A stretch of DNA of 12,778 nt from Candidatus Thorarchaeota archaeon (GCA_048882045.1 JBHLRZ010000058.1:1-12778); one strand, 5' to 3'. Shown: positions 1-8,682, numbered from the stretch's first letter. Numbers and translations: made by a program. Notes: generated by a model not told the origin, from the letters alone.

Positions 1-527
1 TAAGAACTGTCATTGTACTCGTTATAGTAGAAGGAGGAGTAGATGAATACCTCATCACCAGTGAGTGCTCCTCCTTCGGGCATCCAATATATGCTCCATA
101 GATCATTGATATCACCCCGACTAGCCATCCATGCCATGTATGAAGCATCAGGATCGAGAAGGATAACAACGAGGAGATGAGAGAAGGCCCAAGAAGAGGA
201 CCAGTTGTAATAACTATTCTCAGATATGGTATAGTTATTTCCAAAGATGTCTTCAACATAGTATACAGTGAGGAATTCGGTTCCTCTCTCTGTGATATTC
301 GTGTCAGTATAATATCCTGGATCTATTGGAACTGAATAATCACTTCCGGACTGATTCCACCATTCCCATGCAACATACACTCCAGGTTGCATCTCGTTAA
401 AAGGAGTTACAATCTGATTCGACGTGAATGAGTTTCCTTGAACAAGAGGGAGTTGCATCCCGATTCCTGTCATTAACAGACTGGTCAGCAACGCCATAAC
501 AACGAATTGAATTATTTTGCCTTTCAT
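1..527 (-). CDS. Secreted / cell-surface (glyco)protein, 5' part only; runs off the left edge
   Basis: Not in the ORF track; translated by hand. ATG at 527, open for 175 codons to the window edge: MKGKIIQFVVMALLTSLLMTGIGMQLPLVQGNSFTSNQ...YYNEYNDSS. Basic N-terminus plus hydrophobic stretch suggests a signal peptide. Rich in Y/W/S/T/N, with sequons NQS, NIT, NYT, NWS, NDS. Confidence 0.85.
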   Translation of the reverse strand, partial: MKGKIIQFVVMALLTSLLMTGIGMQLPLVQGNSFTSNQIVTPFNEMQPGVYVAWEWWNQSGSDYSVPIDPGYYTDTNITERGTEFLTVYYVEDIFGNNYTISENSYYNWSSSWAFSHLLVVILLDPDASYMAWMASRGDINDLWSIYWMPEGGALTGDEVFIYSSFYYNEYNDSS

Positions 528-576
528 CCTAATATCAGCTCGAACTTCAAAGTATAGGAAAGGACAGCGATACATA

Positions 577-687
577 GTATAATAGCAGTTTTCTGTGAAC
601 CGTTCAATCTTTGATTGAAAAGAGCGTTATGAGGCCTTATTTCTGGATTTACGTGATCAAGACAGCATATGACCGTTCGATACGGTC
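577..687 (-). promoter_or_regulatory. Putative promoter of the surface-protein gene with clustered inverted repeats
   Basis: Minus-strand TATTATAC at 577-584. Inverted repeats TGAAC-C-GTTCA (596-606), TTCAATC-TTT-GATTGAA (603-619) and GACCGT-N5-ACGGTC (671-687). Confidence 0.4.
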
Positions 688-689
688 TA

Positions 690-1178
690 TCAACGTGTCA
701 CTTTCTGTTCTAAGACGACGATTTTTGTCCGTCCACTCTCGACTCTGCTCACTAGACTCTTCCTTTCAAGTGTTGAGAGAGTGACACTCAGGGTGGACTT
801 GCTCAGTCCTGTTGCCCGACGCAGTTCATCTTGAGTCATCTGACCTCCATTTTCCTCGAGTCGATTTATGACTCTGCGCTCAGTGTTGGTCAGAGTGACG
901 ACAACTACTTTCTCAGGAAACGACGAATCAGTGTCGACAGTGGTCATCATGTCTTCAAGCTGTGAAACTCTCCTCTGAAGTCTGATGACGACAAGAATTG
1001 CTACATTGACAATGAGAACGAGTGATATAACAAGAGCAATAGTCGCAGCAAGAAAGACAATCTCACGAGCAATATCCAGAGCAGATATCCAAATCCATAA
1101 TGAGAATGACAAAGTCACCAGAGAAACTATGACTAGAATGATATCCAGTCGTTTTATCCGGTCTCTGGCGCGCGTCAT
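690..1178 (-). CDS. Membrane-anchored winged-helix (MarR/COG2512-like) protein
   Basis: Two N-terminal TM segments, a short coil (RLQRRVSQLEDM) and a C-terminal wHTH (LTNTERRVINRL...QDELRRATGLSKSTLSVTLSTLERKSLVSR...GRTKIV). Start placed at MTRARD (1178) rather than 1208. Confidence 0.85.
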   Translation of the reverse strand: MTRARDRIKRLDIILVIVSLVTLSFSLWIWISALDIAREIVFLAATIALVISLVLIVNVAILVVIRLQRRVSQLEDMMTTVDTDSSFPEKVVVVTLTNTERRVINRLEENGGQMTQDELRRATGLSKSTLSVTLSTLERKSLVSRVESGRTKIVVLEQKVTR

Positions 1179-1297
1179 GGAAACACACAGACCGTACGGG
1201 AACATCAAGACTTATGAATTCAACTCCAGTAGTAGTGCAATTCGTATCGTTCCAAAAGTAGTATAACAGCTGAATATCCAAAGATAGTGGTGGAAAA

Positions 1298-1660
1298 ATG
1301 TCTAAGACTCTCACTGGACAACTCACGGAAAAGGAACTGAGAGAACTTCGGAGATTAAAGATAGTCCGCGAAGCCCTTGATAGATTGAAGAGCAAAGGAA
1401 TCTCAGCAGATCTTCCAATATGTCCGGTCTGCAAGAGCCCAAGATTGGTAGATCTTACATCTGCTCATGATCTTGGAATATTCCCTGGATCATTCCAACC
1501 TGCTTTCTATTGTATTGACTGTGGATGGTATGGCCGAATAGCACCTGTCATGTCAAACCGACCGCAAAAGGATGCAGTTTTGGAGGACCTACAGGGAGCT
1601 TTTGCACCTCTCATGGATCCCGATGAGGATCCCTTTGGTGATATCATAGAGGATGCATGA
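1298..1660 (+). CDS. Zn-ribbon hypothetical protein
   Basis: CPVC ... CIDC pairs (ICPVCKS; FYCIDCGWYG), N-terminal charged helix and acidic C-tail. Confidence 0.8.
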   Translation: MSKTLTGQLTEKELRELRRLKIVREALDRLKSKGISADLPICPVCKSPRLVDLTSAHDLGIFPGSFQPAFYCIDCGWYGRIAPVMSNRPQKDAVLEDLQGAFAPLMDPDEDPFGDIIEDA

Positions 1661-1661
1661 T

Positions 1662-1955
1662 TCATTCTCGAGGAACACGATGTAGTTCGTACATCAAAGG
1701 ATTGAACCCGTCAGGACAGGCGTGTGTTGCTACACACTGATCATCCAACCACGGGAAGCTAGCATTGTACATCATTGCATAGACCTTTGGCAACAAGGAA
1801 TACATAGCGCTGATACAGATTTTGCCTTGGACTTCTTCACCAGTGAATAGCACCTCATCTCCCACCTTGTGACCAGCGGCACATTTTCCCTCTTGTTTCA
1901 CGACTCGGCAGAGTATCTGCCAGGGTTCTTTGCGGATGCATTTGTCATTTGTCAT
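1662..1955 (-). CDS. TIGR04076-like small Cys protein
   Basis: GKCAAGHKVGD ... ICISAMYSLLP ... ACPD matches the family pattern as I recall it. Confidence 0.75.
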   Translation of the reverse strand: MTNDKCIRKEPWQILCRVVKQEGKCAAGHKVGDEVLFTGEEVQGKICISAMYSLLPKVYAMMYNASFPWLDDQCVATHACPDGFNPLMYELHRVPRE

Positions 1956-1997
1956 ATTATCGAGTAGAGGTAGAAGTAGTTCTTAAGCTGTTGGGAT

Positions 1998-3395
1998 TCA
2001 GGGATCCAATTCTTCATCGTTCTCGACTTCTAAATCATCTTCGTCAATGCTGACTGTGTCATTATTTCTATCAGCTAGGTCAGACAATGTCACAACGTGA
2101 GGTTCGAAAGCATCATGGTCCTCTGGTAATTCACCTGCTGCACGAAGACTGACCTTAACAGACAAAGGTCCAATTATTTCTAGAATCATGGTCGAAACTG
2201 CAACAACTCCTAGAATCAGAAGACCCATGGCTTGAGCATCAGGGGACCCGGTCAATTGAATAAAGGTCTCTTCAATTATAAAGGACAGACCTAGGGCAAC
2301 TCCTGCTTGACACAGGAGACATCCTCCTAGGTACTTCTGGATTGCTGGTACCTCATGAACAATGCGCCCACCTAAGTTTGCACCGAAGTATTTGGCAAGT
2401 GTTCTTCCAATGAGATAAAGAGCAGCAATAATCCCTATCAAAAGAAGGGTTTCAGAGGAAGTCAGAAGCTGAGCCATTCGTCCTCCTACCATCACAAAGA
2501 AGATCATTACTATGGGAGACATCACTCGCTCTAGCAGTTCAGGCACCTGTTCTTTATCTTGGTCAATTCGGGAGCTCACCAAGTACCCGAACACCATTGC
2601 TGCAAATATGTCACTGATTTGAATCAAAGACCCCTGAGAGGCAAGAAATCCGTTGAGAGTTTCTATCAAGCCAATCAGAAGGACAACCATACCAATCTCT
2701 AGCTCCAGTAACTTCCCACGATCCTTCTCTCTGTTCACTGGATACAAGTAAATCACACCGAAAACAGCACCCAGTACTACTGACCCAATGATACCTATCA
2801 CAGGTTCAATCATGACTGCTGCGAAGCTGATTGTCCCAGGAACAAAGACCCAGAGTGCAAAGGCAATGGCAGAGTTCGTGAGAATCACCGCAGCTATATC
2901 ATCAGCCGCGAGCACGAACATGAGAGAAGATGTAACAGGTCCTTCACAATCACATTCCCAGACCACATCAGCAGTTGCAGCAGGAGCAGTAGCACTTGCA
3001 ACAGCCCCAAAGAGGATAGCAGTAGGTAGAGGGTTTGGAAAACTGATAGATGAGAGGAGATAATAGATCAGAAAAGCCACGACTGCAAAGGCTGCTGTAG
3101 CTTCGATGAGGACTATGAGGAGTAGCCTCCGTATTCGACCACCTGTAAGATTGGGACTGCTCAACTCATGCCCGATATTGTATCCAATCAATCCCAGAGC
3201 CAAAGCTACAAAGAAACGGAGATCATGAATTCCCTGTTCTGTCATGACGTTCGTGAGTCCTAGGATTACACCTGCAAGCATGAATCCGAGTGTCTGAGGA
3301 ATACCGAGTCTTTTGAGTAACCATGCTCCAACGTATGCCAAGACTAATGCGGCTCCAATTGTCAGCAGGAAGTACTCCAAAGACATAGACTCCAT
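1998..3395 (-). CDS. Cation:proton antiporter (Na+/H+ exchanger, CPA2-like)
   Basis: About 12-13 hydrophobic segments, motifs ASATAPAAT, LAADD, FFVMVG, GRTLAK and QAGVALGL, plus an acidic C-tail. Start is more likely 3395 or 3386 than 3458. Confidence 0.92.
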   Translation of the reverse strand: MESMSLEYFLLTIGAALVLAYVGAWLLKRLGIPQTLGFMLAGVILGLTNVMTEQGIHDLRFFVALALGLIGYNIGHELSSPNLTGGRIRRLLLIVLIEATAAFAVVAFLIYYLLSSISFPNPLPTAILFGAVASATAPAATADVVWECDCEGPVTSSLMFVLAADDIAAVILTNSAIAFALWVFVPGTISFAAVMIEPVIGIIGSVVLGAVFGVIYLYPVNREKDRGKLLELEIGMVVLLIGLIETLNGFLASQGSLIQISDIFAAMVFGYLVSSRIDQDKEQVPELLERVMSPIVMIFFVMVGGRMAQLLTSSETLLLIGIIAALYLIGRTLAKYFGANLGGRIVHEVPAIQKYLGGCLLCQAGVALGLSFIIEETFIQLTGSPDAQAMGLLILGVVAVSTMILEIIGPLSVKVSLRAAGELPEDHDAFEPHVVTLSDLADRNNDTVSIDEDDLEVENDEELDP

Positions 3396-3488
3396 AGTTT
3401 GTATAGATGGTTGTCGATTGAAAAAACAGAAGCATTTGAAGGTATTGCTAGAGACCATCTTGAAATGATTTTCTAAGCGCTCTAAAGT

Positions 3489-4172
3489 TCATTTGAGTGA
3501 GGAGTAGTAATCGCAGAGATGGCTTAAGAAGCATTCATCGCATTTTGGTTTCTGAGCCTTGCATACTTCTCGTCCATGACGGACCAGATTCTTATTCAAC
3601 GAGGGGATGCAACTTTGTGGCATGTATCTTTCCAGAAGTACATGAGCTTTCTCTCTCGAAACCTTCATCCCAATTAATCCTAATCGTTTAGTGACACGCC
3701 AGACATGTGTATCAACTGGAAGTACTGGCCGCTCAAAGGAGAAGAGTAAAACAATCGCAGCGGTCTTTGGTCCAACTCCATGAAGGGATGTAAGCCATCT
3801 CTTCGCCTCTTCAATTTCCATTGTTTCAAGTAATGAAAGGTCCAGTTTTCCAACTCGTTCATGGATCTCCCTAAGGGCTGTCTGGATACGTTTTGCTTTG
3901 AGATTATACATTCCTGATGATTTGATGAATTGTGCCACTTCTTCTAATGGGGCATCAAGTACTTCCTCCCATGTAGGAAACCTCTCCTTGAGAGCCTCAA
4001 AGGCACGAAGCATGTTTACATCATTTGTATGTTGACTGAGAATGGTCATAACAAGCTCATCGAGGGGAAGGAGCTTTCTAGAACTCACTGCTTTTCCATA
4101 GTAACGAATTAGGATGTTACAGATTTTCTTGGCCTTCAATCGAATCTGGACTGGGATTTCTGAGTCACTCAT
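3489..4172 (-). CDS. nth: Endonuclease III-family DNA glycosylase (HhH-GPD, 4Fe-4S)
   Basis: ILSQHTND, HhH motif LHGVGPKTA, PVDTHVWR and C-x6-C-x2-C-x5-C (CKAQKPKCDECFLSHLC). Confidence 0.93.
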   Translation of the reverse strand: MSDSEIPVQIRLKAKKICNILIRYYGKAVSSRKLLPLDELVMTILSQHTNDVNMLRAFEALKERFPTWEEVLDAPLEEVAQFIKSSGMYNLKAKRIQTALREIHERVGKLDLSLLETMEIEEAKRWLTSLHGVGPKTAAIVLLFSFERPVLPVDTHVWRVTKRLGLIGMKVSREKAHVLLERYMPQSCIPSLNKNLVRHGREVCKAQKPKCDECFLSHLCDYYSSLK

Positions 4173-4275
4173 ACGTATCCTCTATCAATACATCATGCCT
4201 TATCTACCAAGTGGTTCTAACATCCCTTTTCGATAGTCTTTTGTTTGAACCTATTAATCAACATCGGGAAACGCA

Positions 4276-4695
4276 ATGAAAGTCATGATCATTTGGGAAA
4301 GCACTAGAGGCCGTACAAAAGCTATGGCTGAGGCAATTTGCGAAGGAGTAAACTCAGCAGGGGGCGAAGGAGTTCTAGTAGACGCCAAGGATTTCTCTGG
4401 AGTTGGAGATGCATGTGCAATTGCCGTGGGTAGTTCTACACGAATGAAAAAAGTTCTCCCTATGGTGAAGAGGTCTCTCTCTGAGCTTCCCTCATTGCAG
4501 GGACTTGCTGGAGCGAGCTTTGGTTCCTATGGATGGAGTGGTGAAGCCCCAGATGAGATAGCGGGGAAGTTGATGGAACTGGGTGCTAACCTAGTGATTG
4601 AGAATCCCATCAAGGCGAAGGACTATCCGAGTGAGTCAATTCTCGAAGAATGTAGAAAGCTAGGAATCCTTCTTGTTGAGAATTGCAAGAAATAG
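4276..4695 (+). CDS. Flavodoxin-like protein (resembles the FprA C-terminal domain)
   Basis: IIWESTRGRTKAMAEAI phosphate loop, AVGSST, and SFGSYGWSGEA. Confidence 0.88.
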   Translation: MKVMIIWESTRGRTKAMAEAICEGVNSAGGEGVLVDAKDFSGVGDACAIAVGSSTRMKKVLPMVKRSLSELPSLQGLAGASFGSYGWSGEAPDEIAGKLMELGANLVIENPIKAKDYPSESILEECRKLGILLVENCKK

Positions 4696-4766
4696 AAACA
4701 GCGGTTTAGATGTGTTGCAAAAGTCTTATCATCTTCTGGCTTTCCGACCTGAATGGAGTTGAATGA

Positions 4767-6695
4767 ATGGGCCATATCAAAAGGCTGATTGGATACTCAC
4801 TAAGGCATAAGAGGATTCTATTTGGTTTCCTCCTCTGTGCAGGAATTGGCACATTGTTCAATCTCATGGCTCCACTCGTACTGATTCATATCATTGACAA
4901 CGTTATTCTTCTTGACAATCTAGACGAGCTTCTTCCTTACACTATGGTCTATGTATCTCTAGGTCTCCTCTACGCAATATTCGACACTATAGGTCGCTAT
5001 GGAGCAGCAATTTCCTCTCAGAGAGTGATCTATGATCTCAGAAAGGACATCTATGAGAGTCTCATGGAGAAAGATTTAGCATTCTATGATCAGAATGAAA
5101 CAGGACAGCTGTTGGCCCGAGCAACAACTGATGTCACAACAATGAGGGAGTTTCTATACTGGGGGCTTCGAGTTATGTTCATCGGACTTGCGATGCTCAT
5201 TGGTACTTTCTTTGTGATGTACACAGTAAGCCCAGACCTTACAGTCTACATGTTTGTTCTCATCCCAGTCATTATTGGGTTCATCTATGTATTTGCCAAG
5301 AAAGTCAGACCAGTATTCTATGCGGCAAGGAAACAGTATGGTATGCTGAGCTCAGTCTTAGCGGAGAACGTCTACGGTCACAAGGTTGTCAGATCATACG
5401 CACAGGAAGAAAAAGAAGCAGAGAGAGTTGAAACCGAGAATCGCGGATTCCTTGAGCTTCGAGTGGAGGCGAGCAGACTTCTTTCGTTCTATCATCCTAT
5501 GCTGCCAGCATTGTTCGGTGGTGTTATAGGATTCCTGATCTATATTGGTGGAGATCTTGTAAACCAAGTTCCTGCACCTCTGACACTGGGAGAGTTTGTA
5601 GGATTTGTTTCTCTCGTGGGAATGCTGATGTTACCAGCAAGATTTCTCAGCTGGGGAGTCGGGATGTACCAGCGAGCATCTGCTGCAGGAGAACGAACGT
5701 TCTACATTCTTGATGCTGCTGAGGCGGTAAAGAATCCTGAAAGCCCCATCGCAGTCAAAGACTTTGTGGGATCTGTTGATTTTGATAATGTCTTCTTCAG
5801 TTACTCACAAGACAATTTCATACTACGTGACATATCGATGAGTGTCAAACCAGGACAGATTGTTGCATTGCTAGGCGGAACAGGCTCGGGGAAAACTAGT
5901 CTAGTTAATCTGATTCCGAGATTCTACGATGTTGACAACAAAGGTACAGTGACCTATAATGGGAAGACTTATCGTGTAAATGGGGAGGAATCAGTAAAGA
6001 TTGGAGAGAAGGAGTATACTGCAGACGGGGATGTTATTGTTATAGAGGGAGAATCGGTAAGGATTGAACCTCCAGGAACAGTCTGCGTAAACGGTGTAGA
6101 TGTTAGACTCTATGCTGTAGAGGACCTTAGAAAGCGGATTGGTATGGTCCATCAAGATCCATTCCTGTTCTCAGCAACAATTCGTGAGAACATCGCCTTT
6201 GGAAGACCGAATGCAACATTGGAAGAGGTCGAAGAAGCTGCAAAAGCATCAATGATTCATGATTTCATCATGACTCTTGAGAATGGATATGACACAGAGA
6301 TTGGAGAAAGAGGGGTCACACTAAGTGGTGGACAGAAGCAGAGAATTGCCATTGCCCGTGCGTTGCTGGCAGACCCAGCCATCCTTATTCTCGATGACTC
6401 AACAAGCTCAGTCGATGCAAAGACTGAGATGCTTATCCAGAAAGCACTAGAGAACTTGATGAAAGATAGAACAACTTTCATCATAACGCACCGATTAAGT
6501 ACAGTACGGAATGCTGATTTGATAGTCATGCTTGAAAGAGGGCGAATCGTAGAGATTGGATCCCATCAGGAGTTAGTAGAGGCAGATGGTCTATACAGCG
6601 GGATTTACCAAACTCTTACTGAGATGGAGCTCGCTGCAGTAATTTCACAAGAGTCAGGCGCAGAAGCCAGTATCCGAGGAGGGGACAGACAATGA
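4767..6695 (+). CDS. Type IV ABC exporter half-transporter, subunit 1 (MdlA/TM287-like)
   Basis: N-terminal TMD, Walker A GGTGSGKT, Q-loop VHQD, signature LSGGQ, degenerate Walker B ILILDD, ITHR. Confidence 0.95.
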   Translation: MGHIKRLIGYSLRHKRILFGFLLCAGIGTLFNLMAPLVLIHIIDNVILLDNLDELLPYTMVYVSLGLLYAIFDTIGRYGAAISSQRVIYDLRKDIYESLMEKDLAFYDQNETGQLLARATTDVTTMREFLYWGLRVMFIGLAMLIGTFFVMYTVSPDLTVYMFVLIPVIIGFIYVFAKKVRPVFYAARKQYGMLSSVLAENVYGHKVVRSYAQEEKEAERVETENRGFLELRVEASRLLSFYHPMLPALFGGVIGFLIYIGGDLVNQVPAPLTLGEFVGFVSLVGMLMLPARFLSWGVGMYQRASAAGERTFYILDAAEAVKNPESPIAVKDFVGSVDFDNVFFSYSQDNFILRDISMSVKPGQIVALLGGTGSGKTSLVNLIPRFYDVDNKGTVTYNGKTYRVNGEESVKIGEKEYTADGDVIVIEGESVRIEPPGTVCVNGVDVRLYAVEDLRKRIGMVHQDPFLFSATIRENIAFGRPNATLEEVEEAAKASMIHDFIMTLENGYDTEIGERGVTLSGGQKQRIAIARALLADPAILILDDSTSSVDAKTEMLIQKALENLMKDRTTFIITHRLSTVRNADLIVMLERGRIVEIGSHQELVEADGLYSGIYQTLTEMELAAVISQESGAEASIRGGDRQ

Positions 6696-8494
6696 GTCTG
6701 GACAGAGAAGACGATCCAGATGCAAGGACATACAAGTACTCCGATAGTACACTACTCTGGCGGATGGTGAAGTATCTCCTTGCTTATAGGAAGCTGTTCG
6801 CCTCGGTGGTCATACTAACAGCATTTGGAATCATTATCAGCGTATGGACACCATTTATCATGAGGCAGGCAATTGACGTGGACTTTCCTAGTGGAAATCT
6901 ACAGGCAATCCTCTTCACAGCTTTGTTCTACACTGTTTTGCAGTTTTTTGCATGGGTTACAGCGTATGGTCAAGAATATCTCATGGCCATGATGGGACAG
7001 CAGGCTGTGTATGACATCAGGCAGGATCTCTATACTCATGTCCAAGATATGTCTGAGGAGTTTCATGATCGCTCTTCAGCAGGAAGAGTCATCTCCAGAC
7101 TAACGAACGATGTTGATAGGATGAGTGAGTTACTCAGTGGTGGGCTCATCAGTACTTTTGCTCAAATCTTTGTTGTATTCGCGATTGGTGCGGTCATCTT
7201 CACTGTCGACACAAGACTGGCCATAGCATCTCTCTCGGTCGTACCTGTGCTTCTCATAACTACAATCTATTTCAGGAAAAGACTTAGAGAAGCGTATAGG
7301 ACGACTAGAAAGACCATCTCAGGGGTTACAGCTAACTACGCAGAGAGTATCTCTGGAGCTAAAGTAACCAAGAGCTTTGCCAGAGAGAGGATAAGTGCTG
7401 AGATATTTGATGAGGTGAACAAAACAGATTATGCAGCGAATGTGGATGCAGGGAAAGCACAGGCCACTTTCTTTCCTGTTATCAGGTTCATCAGCGGTCT
7501 CGGTATAGCTGTTGTGCTTCTTGTGGGTGGTTTGTTGTACATCCAAGATCCACTCTCAATGACTTTGGGAACCATTGTGCTGTTTCTTCAGTTCAATGAC
7601 CGATTTTTTAGGCCTATTCTAATCATAGCCAACTTCTACACATCTGTTCAGAGTGCATTCGCAGGAGGTGAACGAGTGTTCACTGTTATTGACACCGAGC
7701 CCGCAGTAGTTGACAGGCCGGATGCTTCACCTATGCCCGAAATCCAAGGACTGATTCAATTTGACATTGATGAATTTCGTTACGGTGATGGACCTGTTGT
7801 GTTGGAAAATTTGCATCTTGAGATACGACCGGGTGAAACTATCGCCCTTGTTGGAGATACTGGAGCTGGAAAAACTACAGTTGTGAGTCTGCTGAATCGG
7901 TTCTATGAAGTGATCGATGGAGCAATCAAGATTGATGGTATCGACATCCGATCTGTAACTCAGAAATCACTCAATGCGAAAATTGGACTCGTTCTTCAGG
8001 ACGCATTCCTCTTCATGGGGACAATCAAAGAGAACATCAGATATGGTAGACCTGAAGCCACAGATGAGGAGATTATCACAGCAACTGAGGCAATCGGAGC
8101 TCGAAGGATTTTCGAAAATTTGCAAGATGGTTTCGATACTGAGGTTGGAGAAAGAGGCAGTCGACTGTCGGAGGGAGAACGCCAGCTTGTGAGTTTTGCA
8201 AGAGCTCTTCTGGCAAACCCGAAGATTCTCGTTCTGGACGAGGCTACAAGTTCAGTTGACGTCTATACAGAGCATGCAATCCAAAAAGGAATGAAAGCGT
8301 TGCTCGCTGGTAGGACATCGATTGTAATTGCACACCGTCTGTCTACCATTGTTAATGCGGATAGAATCATAGTCATTGAAAACGGTAGAATTGTAGAAAT
8401 GGGAAGACACTCAGATCTCATGCAACGTAGAGGAAAGTACTATTCCCTCTATGAGCTCCAGATTAGACCAAGAGCAATCAGGGCATCATCCTAA
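6692..8494 (+). CDS. Type IV ABC exporter half-transporter, subunit 2 (MdlB/TM288-like)
   Basis: ATGA overlap with the upstream gene, preceded by GGAGG. TMD, Walker A GDTGAGKT, degenerate signature LSEGE, Walker B ILVLDE, IAHR. Confidence 0.95.
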   Translation: MSLDREDDPDARTYKYSDSTLLWRMVKYLLAYRKLFASVVILTAFGIIISVWTPFIMRQAIDVDFPSGNLQAILFTALFYTVLQFFAWVTAYGQEYLMAMMGQQAVYDIRQDLYTHVQDMSEEFHDRSSAGRVISRLTNDVDRMSELLSGGLISTFAQIFVVFAIGAVIFTVDTRLAIASLSVVPVLLITTIYFRKRLREAYRTTRKTISGVTANYAESISGAKVTKSFARERISAEIFDEVNKTDYAANVDAGKAQATFFPVIRFISGLGIAVVLLVGGLLYIQDPLSMTLGTIVLFLQFNDRFFRPILIIANFYTSVQSAFAGGERVFTVIDTEPAVVDRPDASPMPEIQGLIQFDIDEFRYGDGPVVLENLHLEIRPGETIALVGDTGAGKTTVVSLLNRFYEVIDGAIKIDGIDIRSVTQKSLNAKIGLVLQDAFLFMGTIKENIRYGRPEATDEEIITATEAIGARRIFENLQDGFDTEVGERGSRLSEGERQLVSFARALLANPKILVLDEATSSVDVYTEHAIQKGMKALLAGRTSIVIAHRLSTIVNADRIIVIENGRIVEMGRHSDLMQRRGKYYSLYELQIRPRAIRASS

Positions 8495-8533
8495 AAAGAA
8501 GGGTGGGGTCCCAGAAGAAGAGAGGGGGACCCC
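8493..8533 (-). terminator. GC-rich hairpin plus U-tract, probable terminator of the minus-strand operon
   Basis: GGGGTCCC (8505-8512) pairs with GGGACCCC (8526-8533). On the minus strand it is followed by ACCCTTCTTTTT. Lies between convergent genes. Confidence 0.6.
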
Positions 8534-8558
8534 GGAACATGCTTTCTGCTAGTGTTTC

Positions 8559-8677
8559 GTGAATCAGTCAGGAAGACTGATGTCACCATGATGTTTGGTA
8601 GTGCTTTCAGACGAGATTCTGATTAAATAGTGAACAGTCTGCGTTTCAGTTCTTGTGACTGATTTGTGTCTGTTCAC
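8559..8677. repeat. Three TCAG-N8/9-CTGA inverted-repeat units
   Basis: TCAG..CTGA at 8564-8580, 8607-8622 and 8646-8662. The first extends to an 11-bp stem with one bulge (8559-8586). The third is enclosed by GTGAACAG/CTGTTCAC (8630-8677). Confidence 0.6.
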
Positions 8678-8682
8678 CCAAC

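Noticed and set aside
5937-6074. Intein or intron as the cause of the NBD insertion
   Set aside because: In frame, only 45 aa, with no Cys/Ser start plus His-Asn end and no evident bulge-helix-bulge.
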